Assembly: GCA_016191015.1 (NCBI GenBank)
Contig: JACPPM010000301.1
Location: forward strand, 5,472-69,471
Length of the DNA: 64,000 nt
From: Acidobacteriota bacterium
GTDB lineage: Bacteria; Acidobacteriota; CAIWXX01
Direction: 5' to 3'
Positions 50,204-59,940 of the stretch are shown here, piece after piece. The position numbers and the translations under genes are program-made. Each line of letters begins with the position of its first letter. Position 1 is the first letter of the stretch. Below the pieces are notes generated by a model that was not told the DNA's origin, made no database searches, and saw only the letters and a list, made by a program, of their open reading frames with translations.

Positions 50204-51571
50204 CTACTGCACGGCCCTTTGCGCGTTGACGAAGCCGCGGCCGTAGAAGGGATCGTTACCCTTCTTACCCTCGTCATCGGCGCTCTGAGCGAGCTTCGTT
50301 TTGAGGGCGCCGAGCGAGATGCCCGGGTTGGCCTGCTTGATGAGCGCGGCAACGGCCGCCGCCGCCGGCGCGGCCATGCTGGTGCCCGCTGCCCAGGCGT
50401 AGCTCGCCACGCTCGCCCCGCTGCCACGGGCCGTGCTCAGGACCATATCGAACACCCAGCACGGACGCGTCACGGGCCCCCCGGTGGAAGTCAGCTTCGT
50501 GCAAAGCGCGCTGCCGGGAAGCGTGAAGTCGCCGCCGGGAGCCGCCACATAGATGGCGGAGTTGCCGTAGTTGGTGTAGGACGACATACGGCGGAAGTTC
50601 GTCGCGCCCAGACCGAAGCCCTCCGGGCCGGTCGCCGAGATCGCGATGCCGCTGCCCGACTGGGCCGGTACGGCGATCAGGCTTCCCGTGTGGTCGAGGT
50701 CGTTGGCGCTGTTGCCCGCCGCGGAAACGACGAGCACACCGAACCGGTCGGCATAGTTCACGGCCTTGTTCAGCGCCGCGATCAGCGGGCCCGCGCCGGT
50801 GTTGCCGCCCCCGCGTGGGAACTCGGAACCGAGGCTCATGTTGATGATGTCGGCGCCGCCGCCGCCCTCGGCGAGGGACGTCGCGGCGTAGAGGATCCCC
50901 GAGATCACGGCGCCGAAAGAGCCGCTGCCCGCGTGGAGCACCTTGACGCCGACGATGGTAGCCTCCGGCGCGATCCCGACCGTTCCGATGGTGTTGTCGG
51001 CGGCGGCCACGATGCCGGCGACGTGCGTCCCGTGCCAGAACGTGCCCGTGTCTTGGTTGAAGGCGAAACCGGGGACGAAGGAGCGGGACGCCGCGACGTC
51101 GAGGTTGGGGGCGATGTCGACGTGGGCCGAGTGGATGCCGCCATCGAGGACCGCCACGCGGACGCCAAGGCCGGTATACCCGGCCGCCCAAGCCGCGGGC
51201 GCGTTGACCGCTTGCGGGGCCCACTGGACGTTGGTGTAGAACGTGTCGTCGTTGGGGTTGACGGCGGCGTCCACCAGCAGGACCTCGTTGACGGGCTGCT
51301 GCCACTGGACGACCTGATCTTCATCGATGCTGATGAAAGCGCCGCTCGCCCGAAGGCGGTCGGCGAAGTCCGGAGCGTCCGACGTGACCATGCCGAGACC
51401 GGCGCCGTCATGGCTGTACGTCACCGAGCCGCCGGCGTTCCGCACGGCGGCCTCCTGGTCCTGGCCCCAGCGGGCCGCGCTGAGCACGTATGTCTTTTCT
51501 CCTGCGAAGGCGGGCACGGCGATGGCGAGTGCGAGGGCCGCCACAGCCATGGCCCGAACAGTCGTTTTCAA
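50204..51571 (-). CDS. Secreted S8 (subtilisin-like) serine peptidase
   Basis: Signal peptide; VAVLDGG, HGTHVAG, AAGN, GTSMAAP. Confidence 0.95.
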   Translation of the reverse strand: MKTTVRAMAVAALALAIAVPAFAGEKTYVLSAARWGQDQEAAVRNAGGSVTYSHDGAGLGMVTSDAPDFADRLRASGAFISIDEDQVVQWQQPVNEVLLVDAAVNPNDDTFYTNVQWAPQAVNAPAAWAAGYTGLGVRVAVLDGGIHSAHVDIAPNLDVAASRSFVPGFAFNQDTGTFWHGTHVAGIVAAADNTIGTVGIAPEATIVGVKVLHAGSGSFGAVISGILYAATSLAEGGGGADIINMSLGSEFPRGGGNTGAGPLIAALNKAVNYADRFGVLVVSAAGNSANDLDHTGSLIAVPAQSGSGIAISATGPEGFGLGATNFRRMSSYTNYGNSAIYVAAPGGDFTLPGSALCTKLTSTGGPVTRPCWVFDMVLSTARGSGASVASYAWAAGTSMAAPAAAAVAALIKQANPGISLGALKTKLAQSADDEGKKGNDPFYGRGFVNAQRAVQ

Positions 51572-51981
51572 GGGTCGACCTCCTTGGTTCTCTCCTCCCG
51601 GCGGTCGGCCGAGAGGATGGCGGATTAGTAACTACTCAGGTAGGCATCACCATGATGCCACCAACAGCGCAGTACTCTACTCCCCCTCTCCCCCACGCGC
51701 AAGACAAGCGAGAAGGATAATTGTTTTTGCTGGACCCGGACGTCAGGGATACGGAATCGGATGAACCATGACAGATGGCTAGATCGCTGCTTGACCGCGG
51801 AAGGATGAAAAATGGATTGCGCTGCAAAACCCCGCCTTCCAGATCGTGATTGGCGACTGAATGGAAGCAATCCCACCCTGAGGGTGAATGGCCTCATTTC
51901 CGAGGCCCGCAGGCCGGCCAGTTAATGGTGACTGGGGGCGGAACAATTGGCCCGCCTGTTTACGTCCAGATCGCTGTGGGC

Positions 51982-52314
51982 TCACAGCCGAGGAGCGGTC
52001 GGGACATGCCTGATGAGTGTGCATCGCAGGGCAAAGGCGGCCCAGCCAATCAAGGCGGTGGCCAGCAAGAAGATCGCCACAAGCGGTGTCGCCCGCCCCA
52101 TTGGATCGGAGAGCAGCGCGATCCCAAGCCACTCCTCAAGACATACGGTGGTGAAGAAGATGGCCGCGACGAGAAGCAGGGGCGCGCAGGCCCAGCAACC
52201 GTAGCGAGCGACAGCCTGAAGCTTGGTCAGGTTCCCGAAGCTCACTCGCCCGACCAAGCGCTTCCATGTCCAGATCTGTAGTGCAACGGTCCCGACCAGC
52301 ACCACGATGAGCAT
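51982..52314 (-). CDS. Small hypothetical membrane protein (three hydrophobic segments)
   Basis: Hydrophobic ORF co-oriented with its neighbours. Confidence 0.5.
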   Translation of the reverse strand: MLIVVLVGTVALQIWTWKRLVGRVSFGNLTKLQAVARYGCWACAPLLLVAAIFFTTVCLEEWLGIALLSDPMGRATPLVAIFLLATALIGWAAFALRCTLIRHVPTAPRL

Positions 52315-52368
52315 CCCGCCTGCGCCTCACTCTGCCTGCAGTCTCGACCGCAGCATCTCCCCTGGTCC

Positions 52369-54333
52369 CTAGAAATCGTCCAGCCCGTTACAGTTCGAGT
52401 CCTTGTTGTCTCCCGGCGACTCGAACGCCCCGGGGTGGACCGTGGCGTCGGCGTCATTGCAGTCGCTACCGCGCACGTCCCCCTGGTACCGGTTTGCATA
52501 TTGGTCTCCATCGACGTCGTAGAGCTTGAGTGTGTTGCTGGTGCTGGTCGCGCCGCTATTGTCAGTGGCTGTTCCAACGATCGAGAAGATGCCCGACCCG
52601 GCGTAGATGTGGTAGTAGGAGAGGCCCGGGGTGATTGTCACCACACCGCCCTCACCGAAGTCGATCGTCGCGGACGTCACAGTTCCGTCGCTGTCTGACG
52701 CCGTGAGCATGACCACCACCTTCAGCGGGTTCTCAGTCCCGCCCTGCTGTGCCGTCAGTATGGCCGAAGGCGGCTGGTTGGGCGCGCTGACCCTCACCTG
52801 AGCCGTCTCGGTGTCGCTGGATCCCTTGTTGTCCTTGACCGTGAGGATCACGCTATACGTCCCGTTGGTCGCGTATTTGTGTGTCGTCGTCGCCCCCGAG
52901 CCCTTGGTCGAATTGTCCCCGTAATCCCAGGAATAGCTGGCGATCTGTCCATCAGGATCAGACGAGGACGTCCCGTTGAATGCGAAGGTCGTGTTCGTGT
53001 CTCCCTGGGTCGGTGAAACCGTGAAGCCGGCAACCGGCGGCTTGTTGGGACCCGTGACGTTGATGGTGGCCGCATCGGTCCCTGTGAGGTCGTCGTCGTC
53101 GGTCACGGTGAGAGTGGTGGTGTAGATGCCCTCCGCGACGTATGTGTGCTGGACGTTCGAGCCGCTGCCCTGTGTATTGTCCCCGAAGGTCCAGCTCCAT
53201 TCAGTGACATCGCCATCATCGTCGTGACTGCTCGTGCCGTCGAACGACACCGCCAGGGGCACAGGTCCGGAGGACGGTGTCGATCGGATGATGGCCGTGG
53301 GCGGCTGCATTCCGGGGAGCGGCGCCTGCGTCTCGATGAGCTGGGCCGGCCCCACTGCGATCTCGCCACCATCCTTGTCGTCGACAAAAATATGGTAGCG
53401 GCTCGGCTCGAGCCCCTCGACATAGCAACGCTTGGTCGTCTCGTTCTTCTTCAGCTCGACAAGTTGGGTCTTCCCGTTTTGCTTCAGGTAGGCTTCCGTG
53501 CCCTTCAGCTCCACCACGACTTCCCCACGATCCTTCCCATTGACGTTGCGCCCAATCGTCTGCCACAGGGGGTTGTCCTCGAGAAAGAGGCGCGAGAGCT
53601 TGAAAACGGGGTCATCGGAGTTCTTGATATCGAGGATCGGCCGCTTGCCCGTCACGAATCTGCCGTGTCGCAATCCGAGCCGCACCTTGAAGCCGGAGAC
53701 GAACGGCAAAATCGTCGCGTTCGACGCGCTGACCGGAATCATCCCGTCGTCCTTGGATGTGATGATGAGCAGCTTCGGGTATTTGGTCAGCAGATCAGGA
53801 TCGTTCGCGATCTTTGTCGCCGTGTTCCTGATCTGCGTGTAATAACTGTCGAAATAGTTCGATCCCTTCGAAACGGCCGGTGTCAGGTTCTTGGACATGC
53901 CGGTGAAGGTGAGAATCGCGTCGATATCCTGTGCCTGGGAATCGACACCGTCGATCAGAGGACTGATCAGCACAACCCGATCCACCATCTGTTCACGGAT
54001 CGCCTTGTCTTTGAGAACGGCTTCCAGGACAGACGTCGCGGCGATCGAGTGCGCCACGATTCCGATCTTCTCGCGTCCCGATTTCTGAAACGCCTCGCGA
54101 ATCTCCGCTTTCACCGAGCTGGAATAGGCGGCGATCGAGGCTGATTTCAGATTCGGCTTTCCAACCAGGGCCGACGATCCCATTGCGGCGACCCACTTCT
54201 CCCACGCCACATCCGGATCAGGCTCGCCCAGCCCGCTCAGCAACAGCACCTTCTTCTGCAACGCAGATTCAACGGCCGGCCCGCCGCTCAGGAAGACCAT
54301 CCCCAGCATCATCACAAACACCTTCTTCATCAC
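52369..54333 (-). CDS. Secreted alpha/beta-hydrolase-like protein with PKD domains and a C-terminal Asp/Cys metal-binding (MopE-like) motif
   Basis: IVAHSIA, KDDGMIP, LRHG; WTFGDN and WDYGDN PKD motifs; DCND..ATVHPGA.E..DNKDSNCNG. Confidence 0.78.
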   Translation of the reverse strand: MMKKVFVMMLGMVFLSGGPAVESALQKKVLLLSGLGEPDPDVAWEKWVAAMGSSALVGKPNLKSASIAAYSSSVKAEIREAFQKSGREKIGIVAHSIAATSVLEAVLKDKAIREQMVDRVVLISPLIDGVDSQAQDIDAILTFTGMSKNLTPAVSKGSNYFDSYYTQIRNTATKIANDPDLLTKYPKLLIITSKDDGMIPVSASNATILPFVSGFKVRLGLRHGRFVTGKRPILDIKNSDDPVFKLSRLFLEDNPLWQTIGRNVNGKDRGEVVVELKGTEAYLKQNGKTQLVELKKNETTKRCYVEGLEPSRYHIFVDDKDGGEIAVGPAQLIETQAPLPGMQPPTAIIRSTPSSGPVPLAVSFDGTSSHDDDGDVTEWSWTFGDNTQGSGSNVQHTYVAEGIYTTTLTVTDDDDLTGTDAATINVTGPNKPPVAGFTVSPTQGDTNTTFAFNGTSSSDPDGQIASYSWDYGDNSTKGSGATTTHKYATNGTYSVILTVKDNKGSSDTETAQVRVSAPNQPPSAILTAQQGGTENPLKVVVMLTASDSDGTVTSATIDFGEGGVVTITPGLSYYHIYAGSGIFSIVGTATDNSGATSTSNTLKLYDVDGDQYANRYQGDVRGSDCNDADATVHPGAFESPGDNKDSNCNGLDDF

Positions 54334-54410
54334 GCTGCCTCCTGCAAGTCGCTGGCAACAATACTACATGCCGAAGCAACGCGGGGCAAATTGTTGAGCA
54401 GGAGCAAGGT

Positions 54411-54575
54411 GGAGCGTAGAGCGTGGAGCGTGGAGCGTGGAGCATGCAGGTAGTGGCGAAGCAGGGTCGTGCACGATGACGGATGCCTACAGGGATCAGG
54501 AACCCGAATCGTCTGGTCCGGCCTAGCCCCTAGCCCCTAGTCCCTGGTCCCTAGTCCCAAGTCCCTAGCCCCTGG
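54411..54575. repeat. Two different heptamer arms around a 77-bp core: (GGAGCGT)x5 and (CTAGYCC)x7
   Basis: Arms at 54411-54445 and 54523-54571; ggtccgg precedes the right arm. Confidence 0.85.
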
Positions 54576-54579
54576 ATCG

Positions 54580-56160
54580 TCACGCGAATCGTTTGTTCGT
54601 CACGAAATCGGACATCAACGATGCGAGCTGGACGGGTCTGTCGGTCTTGACGGGAAACCCGATCTTGACCTCCTCCGCCTCCAAAACCACACTCATACGT
54701 GGCCTCGCCATCTCCCCCTGTTTCTCGCCGATCGTGATCGACAGATTTCGGATCTGGGGGTAGGTCATCTTCCGGTTCACCGAACCATTCGAGAAGACGA
54801 GGGATTTCTCGGTGACAAAGAAGGACCCGGCGACCTTGCTGTCCCGCAGTTCGAGCTCGGCCCGTTCCCCCCACCACAGCCGGGGCGCAACAGATCCCAT
54901 GTAGACCGTGCCTTCCCCTCGCAGCAACGGGAAGCGGCGGGTGACCTTCTCCGGCACGCGGGTGATTCCCAGCTTGCGCAACCCCTCCTCGAACTCGCGA
55001 TCCACGATCACCTGCCTGCCAGGCAGGGGATATCCACAGTGGAAGCACCCCGAGCTTTCGGCGGGATTGCGGCGCTGACATCGAGGGCATGATTGGAAGA
55101 CGAGGAATCCGCAGAAGGCGCATCGCGCGCTGGGGCTGCCGACATGCTGGCAGGAGGGGCACTGAACCTGTTCCTGCTCGATCTGCTTCTCGGTCTTGTT
55201 GCCGAGCGATTGTCCGCACTGGGGGCAGCTCTCATCGGTCGCCTTCACCCGCTTGCCGCAGCCGGAGCACTGATACGTTCGGCGCTTGTGGCCCTTCGAT
55301 TCCATGAAATTGAAATAGTGAAAAAGCTCGCCGCTCCTCGTCATGTCGTTCGTCGCTTGCGACACCTCACCGAAATCGATCTTCTGACTCCGCAAGCTAT
55401 GACCGACAAGCAGTGAGAGGTCGGCGATCGAGCAGATCACGCGCGGGACCCCCTGGCTGAACCGGTGAATGCCTTCGATCGCCGTGGCTGTGAAGACCTC
55501 CCGATCGAGCTGCCCTGCTGCACGGACGCGGTACTTGATGAGGTCGCCGGTGTCACGCAGATCGAGGTTCTTGAGGAAGAACCGGACGGGTAGCCGCTGC
55601 CAGAATTCAGGCATCTTCTTGACCGCGCCTTCCAGCGGCTTCTGTCCAGAAAAGACGAAGGAGAGCAGGAAGGTATCGGAGACACAGAAGTTGAGGAGGA
55701 TCCGGAGCTCCTGCAGGATGTCGGGTTTGTGGACCAGCATCTGGCCTTCATCGACGATGACCAGCGCTTTCGTGCCGGCGTGATGCAGCTCTTCGAGCTT
55801 CACCCTGAGAGCATTCAGGTTGTCGATCTTCTCTTTGCGGACGCGAGCGACCCCGAGCTGTCTGGCGATCTCCGCGATCATCTGATTGACGGTGAGGGTC
55901 GGGTGATCGATGAAGGCGATCTTGATGTTCCCTTCGTACTCCTCGGTCAACTCCTCTACAAGTCTGCGCAGGATCGATGTCTTCCCATCCCCGGCGTTTT
56001 CCGAGATCAGAAGTACTCCACCCTTGTTCGACACCACGCCATACTTGAGGCGCATCAGCGCCTCCTGGTGCTGAGCGCTGAGGAACAGCATGTCCGGGTC
56101 CGGGGAGAGCGAAAAGGGGTGCCGGGCAAACCCCCAGTAAGAGAGGTACTCTGGGACCAT
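54580..56160 (-). CDS. ExeA/GspA-like AAA ATPase with three double zinc ribbons and a PH-like C-terminus
   Basis: YLSYWGF..HPFSLSPDP, ENAGDGKTS, IVDEGQ, GQ..L, SQGVPRVI; six CxxC motifs; GSFFVTEKSLVF. Confidence 0.85.
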   Translation of the reverse strand: MVPEYLSYWGFARHPFSLSPDPDMLFLSAQHQEALMRLKYGVVSNKGGVLLISENAGDGKTSILRRLVEELTEEYEGNIKIAFIDHPTLTVNQMIAEIARQLGVARVRKEKIDNLNALRVKLEELHHAGTKALVIVDEGQMLVHKPDILQELRILLNFCVSDTFLLSFVFSGQKPLEGAVKKMPEFWQRLPVRFFLKNLDLRDTGDLIKYRVRAAGQLDREVFTATAIEGIHRFSQGVPRVICSIADLSLLVGHSLRSQKIDFGEVSQATNDMTRSGELFHYFNFMESKGHKRRTYQCSGCGKRVKATDESCPQCGQSLGNKTEKQIEQEQVQCPSCQHVGSPSARCAFCGFLVFQSCPRCQRRNPAESSGCFHCGYPLPGRQVIVDREFEEGLRKLGITRVPEKVTRRFPLLRGEGTVYMGSVAPRLWWGERAELELRDSKVAGSFFVTEKSLVFSNGSVNRKMTYPQIRNLSITIGEKQGEMARPRMSVVLEAEEVKIGFPVKTDRPVQLASLMSDFVTNKRFA

Positions 56161-56245
56161 TATCCGTTCCAAAAAAGCAAGCCACGGCATACTACCACAA
56201 AACCTCCCCGCCGGGGCGAATCAGATTTGCCGACTCGCGTCGGCG

Positions 56246-57448
56246 CTATTTCTGCGCGGGCTGGCTTTGGGCCGCGGGCTGCGACTGCGCGGCGGGTTGC
56301 GATTGTGCCGCCGCCGGTTGGCTCTGCGGAGCCGGGGGCGGCGGCGGAGGTTGCATCACGTACGCCGTCAGAATTCCCTCGCCGCTCTCCGCATCGTACG
56401 TGGCGGCGTAGAGCACACGGTTGGCCAGCAGTGGAGTCGTCCGAGACTCGGCCCCCAAGTCAACGACCCCGCTCGGGATTGCGGCCCCCGTGATCGGGTC
56501 GACGGCGGTAAGCCGGTTGGAAAATGAAGCGACGACAATCATGTGATCGAAGACGAGCAGCTGGTCGTACATCCGGGCCGGGATGGGTGTCCGGAATACC
56601 CAGGCTCCGTTGTCCTTCAAGCAGTAGAGAAAATTATCGTACCCGGCGACAAAGACCCGCTCCCTGCCATCGATCATAGCTACCACGGGAGGTGCGACAA
56701 CGTCCGCCTCGGTCCTGACTCGCCACTTCACCGTGCCCTTCTCCTTGTCCACTCCGTAGATGAAATTGTCGGTCGAGCCTGCGACGATGACCTCTCGGAG
56801 AACCGCAGGCCGGCTCCGCATCTCTCCTCCTCCCGCGCATGTCCAGACGGTGGTGCCGTCACCCGCGCGGAGGCAATGGATCTCGCCGGCGAGCGTCGCG
56901 ACGTAGAGCCGGTCTCCCTCGATCGCCGGTGGGCTCACGATCTTGCCGCCCGGTGAGGCCTTCCAAACAAACCGATGCTCCTTGATCGAGTAACAGCGGA
57001 GCTGTGACTCGCCGGCTATGAAGTAGAGCGATTCACCGGCAAGCACTCCGGGCGTCGAGGGGGCACCGAACTTGAGCTGCTTGTAGACCACCTCACCGGT
57101 CGAGGCGCTCAGCTCAAAGTACTCGTCATCCCGGCTGAACAGGAGGATGCGATCCCCCGACAGGACGGGCTGAGTCGGGATCTCATGCATCGCCTTGAAC
57201 ATCCACCGCGCTTGGCCGGTCGATGGGTCAAGCGCGTAACCGTACCCCTTGGACGTCGTCACGTAGACGCGATCCGCGTCGGCCACAGGTGGACCGACGA
57301 TCAGCCCGGGCCCGCGCCATTGCCACTTGAGGATCAGGGGAAAATCGATCGGGTAGGGGGACGGAAGCGGGGTCGAAGGCTGCTCGGGTTTGCTGAGAAT
57401 CCCGCATCCGGCGAGCAGGACCAGTGGGAGTATGACGGCGTAGCGCAT
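56246..57448 (-). CDS. PQQ-like beta-propeller lipoprotein (BamB-like) with a Pro/QSQPAA-repeat tail
   Basis: Lipobox LAGC; repeated ALD..TG...W blades; (QSQPA)x4 at the C-terminus. Confidence 0.85.
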   Translation of the reverse strand: MRYAVILPLVLLAGCGILSKPEQPSTPLPSPYPIDFPLILKWQWRGPGLIVGPPVADADRVYVTTSKGYGYALDPSTGQARWMFKAMHEIPTQPVLSGDRILLFSRDDEYFELSASTGEVVYKQLKFGAPSTPGVLAGESLYFIAGESQLRCYSIKEHRFVWKASPGGKIVSPPAIEGDRLYVATLAGEIHCLRAGDGTTVWTCAGGGEMRSRPAVLREVIVAGSTDNFIYGVDKEKGTVKWRVRTEADVVAPPVVAMIDGRERVFVAGYDNFLYCLKDNGAWVFRTPIPARMYDQLLVFDHMIVVASFSNRLTAVDPITGAAIPSGVVDLGAESRTTPLLANRVLYAATYDAESGEGILTAYVMQPPPPPPAPQSQPAAAQSQPAAQSQPAAQSQPAQK

Positions 57449-57517
57449 GCAAAAACCGGGACATACTATCCCCCGGCGCAGAGGGGAGTCAATCGCACTT
57501 GGAGCGGCTTCGACGCG

Positions 57518-57922
57518 CTAGGGCTCCGCGGGAGGAGCACTGTGGGGGCGCAGTGACTTGGCGATGAGCCCGAGTCCGGCTGCGAGGAGGCCGAGCATGA
57601 TGAGCGTATTGAACAAACTTGTCGGCTGGAAATAGATGTGCATGTTCATCATCACGCCGGCGATGATGATTCCGAAGCCCAGGAGGGTGAGGACCCAACC
57701 GGAGGCCGACCGGCCGTTGAAAAACAGAATGCCGATCCCGACAAGCATCGGCAGGAGGCTCAGCCCGAAGGCGTTCATCCCGTAAAACCGCCAGTATCCC
57801 GTCGTGACCTCTACCTGATTCATGAAAAGGTAGGCCCCGATACCGGACATCATCAACCCGGCAAAAAACTCCAACACGCCACCGGGCGTGCCCCCGGCCC
57901 CTCGTTGCTGGTCATTGCTCAT
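57518..57922 (-). CDS. Hypothetical membrane protein (about four TM helices)
   Basis: RGAGGTPGGV.EFF.GL followed by hydrophobic helices. Confidence 0.75.
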   Translation of the reverse strand: MSNDQQRGAGGTPGGVLEFFAGLMMSGIGAYLFMNQVEVTTGYWRFYGMNAFGLSLLPMLVGIGILFFNGRSASGWVLTLLGFGIIIAGVMMNMHIYFQPTSLFNTLIMLGLLAAGLGLIAKSLRPHSAPPAEP

Positions 57923-58086
57923 GCTCTCATCCTCCGGCGCTGCGCACGCGCTCCGACGATCAACGTGCAGCAGTGATTTTGATGACGATGATATTCACGG
58001 GCAGCGAGCCTGTCAAACCGGAGGCGCCTTGTCTTCCCCCCTCCCCTCCGCTAGAATTCGCGCGGTTCACACTTAGCGAGGAGAAC

Positions 58087-59088
58087 ATGCCTGAGCTCCG
58101 AAAAGATCCTGTGATCGGACGATGGGTCATCATCTCGAGCGAACGCGGGAAGCGCCCGACTGACTACAAGTCCGAGGCGGCGCCGCGCCGCAACGGTGGA
58201 TTCTGCCCGTTCTGTCCGGGCCACGAGGACAAGACGCCCCCCGAGGTTCTCTCGTATCGCAAGGATGGGAGTGCGCCCAACACCGCCGGTTGGGACCTGC
58301 GGGTCGTTCCCAACAAGTTCCCGGCGCTGCAGATCGAAGGTGGCCTGAACCGTCAGGGTGAGGGGATCTTCGATAGGATGAACGGCATCGGCGCACACGA
58401 GGTGATTATCGAGACCCCCCTCCACGATGCCACGCTCGCGAGTCTCGGCGAAAAAGATGTGGAGAACGTGCTGTGGAGCTTCCACGACAGGGTGCTGGAT
58501 TTGAAGAAGGATCGCCGATTCAAGTACATCCTCCTGTTCAAGAACCACGGTGAGGCGGCCGGCGCCTCGCTCGAGCACACTCACTCGCAGCTGATCGCCC
58601 TCCCGATCCTGCCCAAGCGTGTGCGCGAAGAGATCGACGGATGCAAGACCTACTTCAGCTTCAAGGAGCGATGTATCTACTGCGACATCATCAAACAGGA
58701 GACCGACGCGGGTGTGCGCGTCATCGCCGAGAATTGGGATTTCATCGCGATCTCGCCCTACGCTCCCCGGTTTCCGTTCGAAATGTGGGTTCTGCCCAAG
58801 AACCATGGAGCCTCGTTCGAGTCTGCCCAGAAGCACGAATACGAAAACCTCGCCAAGATCCTGAAGGATCTCCTCGTCCGCATGGACCGGGTTCTCGACT
58901 CGCCCCCTTACAATCTGATCGTGCAGACATCTCCTTTCCACGAGCTGGTGGCCGACTTCTACCACTGGCGGATCGAGATCATGCCGAAGCTCACCAAGGT
59001 TGCCGGCTTCGAGTGGGGCACCGGATTCTACATAAATCCGACGCTGCCGGAAGAGGCCGCAACGTTCATGCGCGAGGTGGTTCTCTAG
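58087..59088 (+). CDS. galT: Galactose-1-phosphate uridylyltransferase
   Basis: ELRKDP...WVII..ERGKRP, CPFCPGHE, VVPNKFP, FKNHG..AGASLEHTHSQ, AGFEWG. Confidence 0.95.
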   Translation: MPELRKDPVIGRWVIISSERGKRPTDYKSEAAPRRNGGFCPFCPGHEDKTPPEVLSYRKDGSAPNTAGWDLRVVPNKFPALQIEGGLNRQGEGIFDRMNGIGAHEVIIETPLHDATLASLGEKDVENVLWSFHDRVLDLKKDRRFKYILLFKNHGEAAGASLEHTHSQLIALPILPKRVREEIDGCKTYFSFKERCIYCDIIKQETDAGVRVIAENWDFIAISPYAPRFPFEMWVLPKNHGASFESAQKHEYENLAKILKDLLVRMDRVLDSPPYNLIVQTSPFHELVADFYHWRIEIMPKLTKVAGFEWGTGFYINPTLPEEAATFMREVVL

Positions 59089-59123
59089 GAACCCGCCGGA
59101 TGGCGCGGATTCAGGGCAGCCTA

Positions 59124-59174
59124 TTGTGCCCGGCATTGCATCCCTGTATACTCCGCGTTCGAACGAACGTTCGA
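59124..59174 (+). promoter_or_regulatory. Sigma-70 promoter with a palindromic TetR operator over the transcription start
   Basis: TTGTGC-N17-TATACT (59124-59152), then TCGAACG-AA-CGTTCGA (59159-59174). Confidence 0.75.
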
Positions 59175-59863
59175 TGGATATGAAGACGAATTCGCCGAGG
59201 TCCTCTGGACGGCGCGCCGGGAGGGTGTCGATTCGGGCAGAGCTGTCTGCGCCCCGGCCGTCGGAAAAGCTGCGGGAGATCAAGCGCCACGCCGCCGACG
59301 TGTTCGCGGACCGGGGGTTCCACCGGGCCGGGATGCGAGATATTTCGAGTGCGACGGGGATGTCGCTGGCGGGCCTGTATTACTACTTCAGTAGTAAAGA
59401 TGAGTTGCTCTACCTGATTTCCGAAAGCGCCTTTTCGACTCTACTGAGCAACCTGGAGGGCCCTTTCGCGACGACACAGCGGCCCGATGAGCGGCTGAGG
59501 ATCTTCGTCTTCCAGCACCTGGACTATTTCCTTGCGAACAAGAACGAGATGAAGGTCATCTCGCACGAGGCTCAGTCGTTGACTCAGGAGTATGCCGATC
59601 AGGTGGCCGATAAGAAACAGCGCTATTTCAAAGTCCTTGCGACTCTGATAGCGAGTCTGCTGAGGGAGTCGGCTGGAGCGGAACCGGGCCGGCGGGTGGT
59701 CCGGGTGGTCACCTTGTCCCTCTTCGGGATGATGAACTGGATCTACAACTGGCACGACCCGGCCAAGGACGGCGACGCCCGCTACCTGGCCGATTGTATG
59801 ACTGGCATCTTCCTGAACGGCCTCACGAGCCTGGCCGCCGCCCGAAAAGCAAACCATGATTGA
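59174..59863 (+). CDS. TetR-family regulator (PaaR/KstR2-like, acyl-CoA-sensing type)
   Basis: FADRGF....MRDIS...GMSLAGLYYYFSSKDELL; C-terminal LFGMMNWIYNW.DP..G. Confidence 0.9.
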   Translation: MDMKTNSPRSSGRRAGRVSIRAELSAPRPSEKLREIKRHAADVFADRGFHRAGMRDISSATGMSLAGLYYYFSSKDELLYLISESAFSTLLSNLEGPFATTQRPDERLRIFVFQHLDYFLANKNEMKVISHEAQSLTQEYADQVADKKQRYFKVLATLIASLLRESAGAEPGRRVVRVVTLSLFGMMNWIYNWHDPAKDGDARYLADCMTGIFLNGLTSLAAARKANHD

Positions 59864-59867
59864 CTTT

Positions 59868-59916
59868 TGGAACTTTGAACTTTGAACTTTGAACTTTGAA
59901 CTTTGAACTTTGAACT
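59868..59916. repeat. Solo family B arm: seven tandem TTGAACT units (one variant plus six perfect)
   Basis: Fills most of the tetR-had spacer. Confidence 0.92.
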
Positions 59917-59940
59917 CATCATGCGATCGTGGAGGCACTC

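Noticed and set aside
50090..51628. 512-aa plus-strand ORF
   Set aside because: Antisense to the S8 peptidase, which has a full catalytic triad, an RBS and a terminator.
51625..51980. Non-coding stretch with several short ORFs upstream of the S8 gene
   Set aside because: No ORF has recognisable motifs and I could not support an RNA structure.
59868..59916. Heptamer arrays as CRISPR arrays
   Set aside because: Units are 7-8 nt and contiguous, with no spacers and no cas genes in the window.
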